The notes beneath the pieces are model-generated. The model was given only the letters and a program-made list of their open reading frames with translations. It made no database searches and was not told the DNA's origin. Positions 58,634 through 64,000 of a stretch of 64,000 bases of DNA are shown here, piece after piece. The number at the start of each line of letters is the position of its first letter. Positions within the stretch are counted from its first letter, which is position 1. The stretch spans positions 5,901-69,900 of the forward strand of contig JAIPJR010000001.1 in NCBI GenBank assembly GCA_021734045.1. Direction: 5' to 3'. The DNA is from Fidelibacterota bacterium (lineage in GTDB: Bacteria; Fidelibacterota; UBA8477). The position numbers and the translations under genes are program-made.

Positions 58634-59806
58634 ATGGCTGGCACAGGTAAACACATATTATTTATTGGCAATCTACCAACCCCCTATGGTGGTGTGGCAA
58701 CACATTGTCATAATTTGGTTCATCATTTGGCTATAGCGAATGTGAATATATATTTTCTTGATTCAAAACCACGGCCTTTTAAACAAATTCCAAAGGGAAT
58801 TAGTTTTTTTAGTATATCAAAGAAAATACATGTACTAGCTGTTGCAGTTATTTTGTTTCTGTTGAAACCGTCCAGATGGCGCTGGTTATTTCAAATACCC
58901 CTTCGAGATTTCATCAAGTTAGCTTCAATTTGGTATAAAGGTTGTCAAATATTAAAAACTTATCCATGTATCAATATTATTCACTCGCAGCACATTACTG
59001 CTATTTCTTTGGCTTCAACATTGCTGAAAGAAAAATTTAAAACAAGACATTTGGCAACTGTTCATGGGGCTGAAATTACTGATTTTAAATTATTTATAAA
59101 ATGGAAAAAATGTATTGATTATGTCATTCAAAACGTGGATACACTGATCAGTGTATCTAAATATACAGCTAAACATGTTGAGAATTATTATCCTCATGCT
59201 AAAAATAAATTAAATATAATACCAAATGGGGTGGGACCTGAATTCAAACTTGATCTGGAGGCTAAAAGAGAAAGGAAAATTCTCTTTGTTGGCGATTTTC
59301 ATCCGCGTAAGGGCGTCAATATATTGCTACAAGCGTTTCATACTTTAAAAGACCTGGGCTGGAGTTTACATCTAGTAGGGACACCAGGATCGGCACTAGT
59401 TGAAGTACAGCAATTAATTTCACATTTGGATTTGGACCAGAAAGTCTCCATCTCGTTAAATGTATCTCATGAAGCGTTAATCAATATTTACAACAAAGCT
59501 TCAATTTTTGTATTTCCGACACAATTAGAGACAGAGGGATTTGGCATTGTCGCATTAGAAGCAATGTCATCAGGGTGTCCGGTGATCGCCTCAAATATTG
59601 CCGCTATTCCTGAAATAGTAGAGCATGAAAAGACCGGTTTACTATTTCCTCCAGGTGATATAAGGGCCTTGGGAAAAGAAATTAAACGATTGATAATAGA
59701 TGAAGTATTTAGATCTCAATTAGTCGCCCATGCGCAACAATCCCTCATTAAATATGATTGGGGAAATATCGCGGCGCGGACAAAACAACTTTATGAGAGT
59801 GACTAA
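58634..59806 (+). CDS. Glycosyltransferase family 1 (GT4-type)
   Basis: C-terminal GT-B signature (…FVFPTQLETEGFGIVALEAMSSGCPVIASNIAAIPEIV…) with the E-x7-E motif. Confidence 0.8.
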   Translation: MAGTGKHILFIGNLPTPYGGVATHCHNLVHHLAIANVNIYFLDSKPRPFKQIPKGISFFSISKKIHVLAVAVILFLLKPSRWRWLFQIPLRDFIKLASIWYKGCQILKTYPCINIIHSQHITAISLASTLLKEKFKTRHLATVHGAEITDFKLFIKWKKCIDYVIQNVDTLISVSKYTAKHVENYYPHAKNKLNIIPNGVGPEFKLDLEAKRERKILFVGDFHPRKGVNILLQAFHTLKDLGWSLHLVGTPGSALVEVQQLISHLDLDQKVSISLNVSHEALINIYNKASIFVFPTQLETEGFGIVALEAMSSGCPVIASNIAAIPEIVEHEKTGLLFPPGDIRALGKEIKRLIIDEVFRSQLVAHAQQSLIKYDWGNIAARTKQLYESD

Positions 59807-59813
59807 TTGACTG

Positions 59814-61268
59814 ATGATGGGATTCTTCCAACAAAGTTTAATTTATGGTCTTGGTCAACTCGCTGTTCAGTTGGTTGGTTTCCTGATCTATCCCATTCTC
59901 ACAAATGATCGGTTTTTCTCAGTTGAAGACTTTGGCATCTGGAATATCTTAGCACCGACGATGACTATTATGACCATTATTTACAGTGGAGGTCTCTCCA
60001 CCGGATTTTTTAAGTTTTTTATCAATACCGAATCGCCGGATCAACGTTATTCTGCATTTCATAGTAGTATGTTTATTGTTGCTGTATTCGGAGTAATCAC
60101 AACGATGATTACCCTACCGGTACTTGCATTAGGATTAAGAGCCTCTGGCTCTTCAATACAGTGGCCGTACTTTGCTCTGGCAATGGTGACAGCATTCGCA
60201 AATGCGGTTATCGGTATCTGTTTGGCAGTGTATCGGGCTCAGGGTCGTGCAAAACAATTTGTAGCGATCAATTCCCTCAGATTTGTATTAATGTCGCTCC
60301 TAATAGCCATTGGTGTCATCATTTTCCAGGGTGGCTTGTGGGGACTGCTTATCGCATACAGTGCATCTGCCACTTTGGTAGGGATTTACTTGACTGTAAA
60401 AACTTTTGCAGGGTTCCAAAAGACAGCAATTCAAAAGAATTTACGATCGAAGATACTCAAGTTTTCACTCCCGTTGATGCCCACACAGCTTGCAGGTTGG
60501 ATTTTATCGGTGTCTGATAAATTTCTCATCGGGATACTTTTGGGTGTGACTGAAGTAGGCTTGTATAGTGCCGGGTATCAGATAGCACTGGTAACGAATG
60601 CATTTTTTATTGGTCCTTTTAGCTTGGCGTGGGGGCCATTTATGTTTCGTGAGGGCGTAAAAACAGACGGCCCTTTAAAAATAGCCAGACTTTTAGAAAT
60701 GTATACGATCATCGGAGGAATATTTGTCACGCCATTGATATTCTTAGGACCGGAAATAATCGCATTTTTGAACGGAAATATAACCTATGTTCCTTCGTAT
60801 AGAGTTATCCCACCTGTTGCTCTGGGTTACTTATTTTTTGGTTATTATTTGTTTTATAGCACTGGTCTTAATCTCACGAACCGAACCGTGTATTTCCCGA
60901 TTATCACCGGTTCTGTTGGTATTCTAAATATAACATTAAATTTAATTTTACTACCGCGTTGGGGGTATGTCGCTGCTGCATGGGTGACATTGATATCCTA
61001 TTTCACGCTGTTTATAATAATGAAAATTAGTACGGCGAAGTTGTATCATATCCCGATCAAAAAATTGACGTTAATTGGTATCTGGGGAATATTATTCGGC
61101 CCCGTTTTGGGAGGGAGTTATTGGGTACAATCCACTGACTATCCAATAAATTTTGCCTGGAAACTCATTATGATTTTCATTATTTGGTTTGTACTCATTT
61201 TTTCCAGTGACTTAACCCGAACGCGATTATTGATGATGCTCAATTTTGGAGTACGCAAAGTTGAATAA
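59814..61268 (+). CDS. wzx: Polysaccharide flippase (Wzx, MOP superfamily)
   Basis: 484 aa with about 12-14 TM helices and the typical Wzx N-terminal region (…GLGQLAVQLVGFLIYPILTN…). Confidence 0.7.
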   Translation: MMGFFQQSLIYGLGQLAVQLVGFLIYPILTNDRFFSVEDFGIWNILAPTMTIMTIIYSGGLSTGFFKFFINTESPDQRYSAFHSSMFIVAVFGVITTMITLPVLALGLRASGSSIQWPYFALAMVTAFANAVIGICLAVYRAQGRAKQFVAINSLRFVLMSLLIAIGVIIFQGGLWGLLIAYSASATLVGIYLTVKTFAGFQKTAIQKNLRSKILKFSLPLMPTQLAGWILSVSDKFLIGILLGVTEVGLYSAGYQIALVTNAFFIGPFSLAWGPFMFREGVKTDGPLKIARLLEMYTIIGGIFVTPLIFLGPEIIAFLNGNITYVPSYRVIPPVALGYLFFGYYLFYSTGLNLTNRTVYFPIITGSVGILNITLNLILLPRWGYVAAAWVTLISYFTLFIIMKISTAKLYHIPIKKLTLIGIWGILFGPVLGGSYWVQSTDYPINFAWKLIMIFIIWFVLIFSSDLTRTRLLMMLNFGVRKVE

Positions 61269-62415
61269 TGCCGGATTAGATAGTACAATCCACCATTTGG
61301 AAGGCTGGCTACAGTCAAACGGTCTCTACGGGTACGATCCATATGATATAAAAGGACATTCATCTCTTATAAGGTTTCAGAAAAATCCTCTGACACGAAA
61401 GAGTATCAATCTTTTTGTGGAAGCAATGCCGCTTGTGTCTCGAAAAATATTTCAGATTAAACCAGTGGTCAACGCAAAAGCAGTTGCTTTATTAACACTT
61501 GCTTACCTAAATCGTTACAAATATACACAAAATCAGAATTATTTAAAGCAAGCCAAGTTGGCCGGGAAATGGTTGGTTAAACATGCCAATGATTGGGACC
61601 CAAATATTGTGGGGTGGGGATATCCTTTCGATTGGCAATCACGAGTGATGATTCCACGGGGGACGCCATCTAGTGTAGTGACGGCATTTGGTTTACAGGC
61701 TGTAATTGCATTGCAAAATAAATTTTCTGACCTGATTCCAAATCCCCGGAAATTTTTCTTAGAGGCAGGTCAGTTTTTTACAGAGTTGCTCAATCAATCG
61801 CCAGAAGGTTGCTTTAGCTATACACCTGTCGATCAGTTTAAAGTTCACAACGCAAATTTGTTTTCCGCTTACAGCTTACTTTTACTTGCCGATCTAACCG
61901 AAAATGCTGAATACAGTAACTTAGCAAAACGTGCGGTTGACTATACAATTTCACAACAGGGTCCTGAAGGGGGCTTTGGCTATTGGGGAGATGAATTTGA
62001 AAATAAAATCATTGATAATTTTCATACTGGCTATGTTATAAGGCTGCTCTACCGAATAAATGGTATCCTAAACCACAGGCCTCTAGAGGACACGATTGAC
62101 AGGGCGATGCATTTTTATTCAGAAAATCTATTTGAGGGAAATTTTCCTAAAGATCGACATAATCGGCTCTATCCAATAGATGTACATACCCTTACGGAAG
62201 TAATATTAGTGTATTGCGAATTACCGGCATATCGGAAACTGCTTAAATCAAAAGTAGATAAAACGCTATCCTTCATTATCAATAAAATGCAGTACAAGCC
62301 TGGCTACATTGCTTATAAGAAATACCCTCTTTTCACAGTGAAGTTTCCTTTTCTTAGATGGAATCAGGCGTGGACATATTATGCCCTTTCTGAATTACAG
62401 AGGTGTACTGAATGA
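61246..62415 (+). CDS. Uncharacterised protein within the polysaccharide locus (possible (alpha/alpha)6-toroid carbohydrate-modifying enzyme)
   Basis: 389 aa, soluble. Recurring aromatic/Gly-rich segments (…WGYPFDWQSR…, …GGFGYWGDEF…, …HTGYVIRLLYR…). TTG start overlapping the wzx gene. Function cannot be assigned from sequence by eye. Confidence 0.45.
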   Translation: MEYAKLNNAGLDSTIHHLEGWLQSNGLYGYDPYDIKGHSSLIRFQKNPLTRKSINLFVEAMPLVSRKIFQIKPVVNAKAVALLTLAYLNRYKYTQNQNYLKQAKLAGKWLVKHANDWDPNIVGWGYPFDWQSRVMIPRGTPSSVVTAFGLQAVIALQNKFSDLIPNPRKFFLEAGQFFTELLNQSPEGCFSYTPVDQFKVHNANLFSAYSLLLLADLTENAEYSNLAKRAVDYTISQQGPEGGFGYWGDEFENKIIDNFHTGYVIRLLYRINGILNHRPLEDTIDRAMHFYSENLFEGNFPKDRHNRLYPIDVHTLTEVILVYCELPAYRKLLKSKVDKTLSFIINKMQYKPGYIAYKKYPLFTVKFPFLRWNQAWTYYALSELQRCTE

Positions 62416-63638
62416 CAGTTATCCTCATGTTACTACAAACGAATTTTCCTCCGGATATTCGAGTAGAAAATGAAATCGATTCATTAACGGAAGCAGGACA
62501 TGAAGTTCACCTGATTTGCCAGAACAAGGGTGATGAACCAGAACAGGAACGATGGCAAGCAGCCTTTATCCATCGGATACCAACTATTTTGGGTAACACC
62601 CTGCTCGGAAAAATCATGCAAGCACCTATTTTTTTAAACCCACTTTGGCTTTGGTATATCAACAAAATTGGTAAGAGATTTAAAATTAAGATTATCCACG
62701 TTCATGATCTGCCTTTAACGCCGATGGCCATGATTTTTAAAGCATTCCGGCGAGTAAAAATTATTTATGATATGCATGAGAATTACCCCGCAGCATTGAG
62801 CGTTTGGAATAAGCAAGGGCTCGAAAGACTCCTGAAAAATTATTGGATTGCCGAGCTGATAGAACGGAGAGCTGCCCGCCTGTTTGATCATTTTATTGCT
62901 GTAATTGAGGAAAACAAAACCCGTTTTATAAGAGACCATGGTGTTTTACCTGGGCAGATTTCAATTGTGAGCAATTTAGTGGTACTGTCTAAATACAAAC
63001 CCGAAACTAGCTATGATGAATTTACGTTTCCGGCTGATAAGCACGTCCTCATCTACACTGGTGGTTTGGATCTTCATCGTGGTTTGGGTTTAACACTCAG
63101 CATGTTCAAATTATTAGCGCAAATTCGAAAAGATGTATATTTACTTGTTGTTGGAGGAGGCCGTTCAGCTGCTGGAAAAGTAGAGGAACGCAAGCTGATC
63201 GATGAAATAAAGACTGACTCAATTTTACATAAATCAGTACATATCACAGGGTGGGTGGATTTCAAATATTTACCTTGGCTGGTCCAACAGAGCAAGATTT
63301 GTTTGTTACCACAGGAATCGAATCCACATACGGACACAACTATACCTCACAAATTATTCCAGTACATGGCTATGGCAAAACCAGTGGTCGCAGCAGATGC
63401 TGTTCCTGTTAAAAGAATTATCGAGAAAACTGGTGCTGGCGTGATCTTTCCTTCCGGTGATGCGAAAGTATATGCTGCTATTGTTGATCAGCTCCTCTCC
63501 TCCTCACAGGCTGTTCACTACGGTGACCAGGGGCGCAAGGCAGTTATTGCTCAATACAACTGGGATATTGCGGCAGAAAAACTTATTGGCATATACCAGG
63601 AAATTTTTGAAGGCGCATTTCCTGGTAATAAATTTTAG
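62412..63638 (+). CDS. Glycosyltransferase family 1 (GT4-type)
   Basis: GT-B C-terminal domain (…ICLLPQESNPHTDTTIPHKLFQYMAMAKPVVAADAVPVKRII…). 408 aa. Overlaps the previous gene by 4 nt. Confidence 0.75.
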   Translation: MTVILMLLQTNFPPDIRVENEIDSLTEAGHEVHLICQNKGDEPEQERWQAAFIHRIPTILGNTLLGKIMQAPIFLNPLWLWYINKIGKRFKIKIIHVHDLPLTPMAMIFKAFRRVKIIYDMHENYPAALSVWNKQGLERLLKNYWIAELIERRAARLFDHFIAVIEENKTRFIRDHGVLPGQISIVSNLVVLSKYKPETSYDEFTFPADKHVLIYTGGLDLHRGLGLTLSMFKLLAQIRKDVYLLVVGGGRSAAGKVEERKLIDEIKTDSILHKSVHITGWVDFKYLPWLVQQSKICLLPQESNPHTDTTIPHKLFQYMAMAKPVVAADAVPVKRIIEKTGAGVIFPSGDAKVYAAIVDQLLSSSQAVHYGDQGRKAVIAQYNWDIAAEKLIGIYQEIFEGAFPGNKF

Positions 63639-63657
63639 GTTGTTTACTTTTCATAAC

Positions 63658-64000
63658 ATGCGCATCCTCATCATCTCCCAATATCATCCCCCTGAAATGG
63701 GCGCCGCAGCAACCCGTTGGTCAGATTATGCAAGATTGCTGGCCTCCCGGGGATATCAGATTCAGGTCATTTCGGAAGTCCCCAATTATCCCAGTGGTGT
63801 CATCTCTCATGAATATGCACCAGGGAACCGGTTTAATCTGGTAAGGGCGGGCGGTCAAGTACCTTATAATTTATTGAGGGTTCCGGTTTGGGCCAATCCG
63901 CGCCAAAACACTTTCCAGCGCATGGGCTTCTTTTTCTCCTTCATGTGTTCGGCCATTTACGCGGCACTTAAGCTACCCCGATTTGACTTAGTTATCACTA
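63658..64000 (+). CDS. Glycosyltransferase (WcaI/WbuB-like GT4), N-terminal part; continues beyond the window
   Basis: MRILIISQYHPPEMGAAATRWSDYARLLASRGYQIQVISEVPNYPSG… is a typical GT4 N-terminal domain. Confidence 0.7.
   Translation, partial: MRILIISQYHPPEMGAAATRWSDYARLLASRGYQIQVISEVPNYPSGVISHEYAPGNRFNLVRAGGQVPYNLLRVPVWANPRQNTFQRMGFFFSFMCSAIYAALKLPRFDLVIT

Overview
This 64-kb window is chromosomal DNA from a bacterium, probably an uncultivated member of the FCB superphylum or a related lineage. The evidence for that lineage is a T9SS-type C-terminal sorting domain, a Wza/Wzz/Wzy/Wzx polysaccharide locus, a protein with an N-terminal double transmembrane segment plus a vWA domain, and RND/TolC efflux genes. 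GC content is about 50-55%, with an AT-rich island inside the polysaccharide locus. Read left to right, the window contains: the 3' end of the respiratory complex I operon (nuoJ partial, nuoK, nuoL, nuoM, nuoN) with a terminator; an orphan ParA/MinD-like ATPase; a fused sulfate adenylyltransferase/APS kinase; a B12-binding radical SAM enzyme on the minus strand; tRNA-Asp(GUC) with a terminator; mltG; uvrD/pcrA; a fur-feoA-feoB cluster ending in a small FeoB-associated Cys-rich membrane protein; an OB-fold/HD exonuclease (YhaM-like) that overlaps a membrane protein and a putative outer-membrane protein; a minus-strand TetR-TolC-MFP-RND efflux operon with a duplicated 19-bp operator-like motif; a long minus-strand operon encoding a group-3b-like tetrameric [NiFe] hydrogenase (beta, gamma, delta, alpha subunits plus a maturation endopeptidase) that is translationally linked to a receiver-only response regulator, a membrane-embedded histidine kinase and a stand-alone tandem-ACT protein; a clearly recognisable cobalamin riboswitch on the minus strand driving a TonB-dependent receptor, followed by a beta-propeller protein carrying a T9SS C-terminal sorting domain; NlpC/P60, trpS, scpA, scpB and rluB; an uncharacterised 569-aa Rossmann-fold protein; an 1104-aa Cmk-ribosomal-protein-S1 fusion with long acidic and lysine-rich low-complexity repeats; ybbR-tsaD; a double-TM vWA protein; and a surface-polysaccharide locus (ugd, a wecC-like dehydrogenase, wza, wzz, wzy, glycosyltransferases, wzx and an unknown protein) whose core is visibly AT-rich. 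No transposase, integrase, CRISPR array or rRNA gene was seen. The candidates most worth follow-up are the B12-riboswitch/TonB/T9SS-propeller module, the two-component-system/ACT module attached to the hydrogenase, the Cmk-S1 fusion, and the unknown 569-aa protein.
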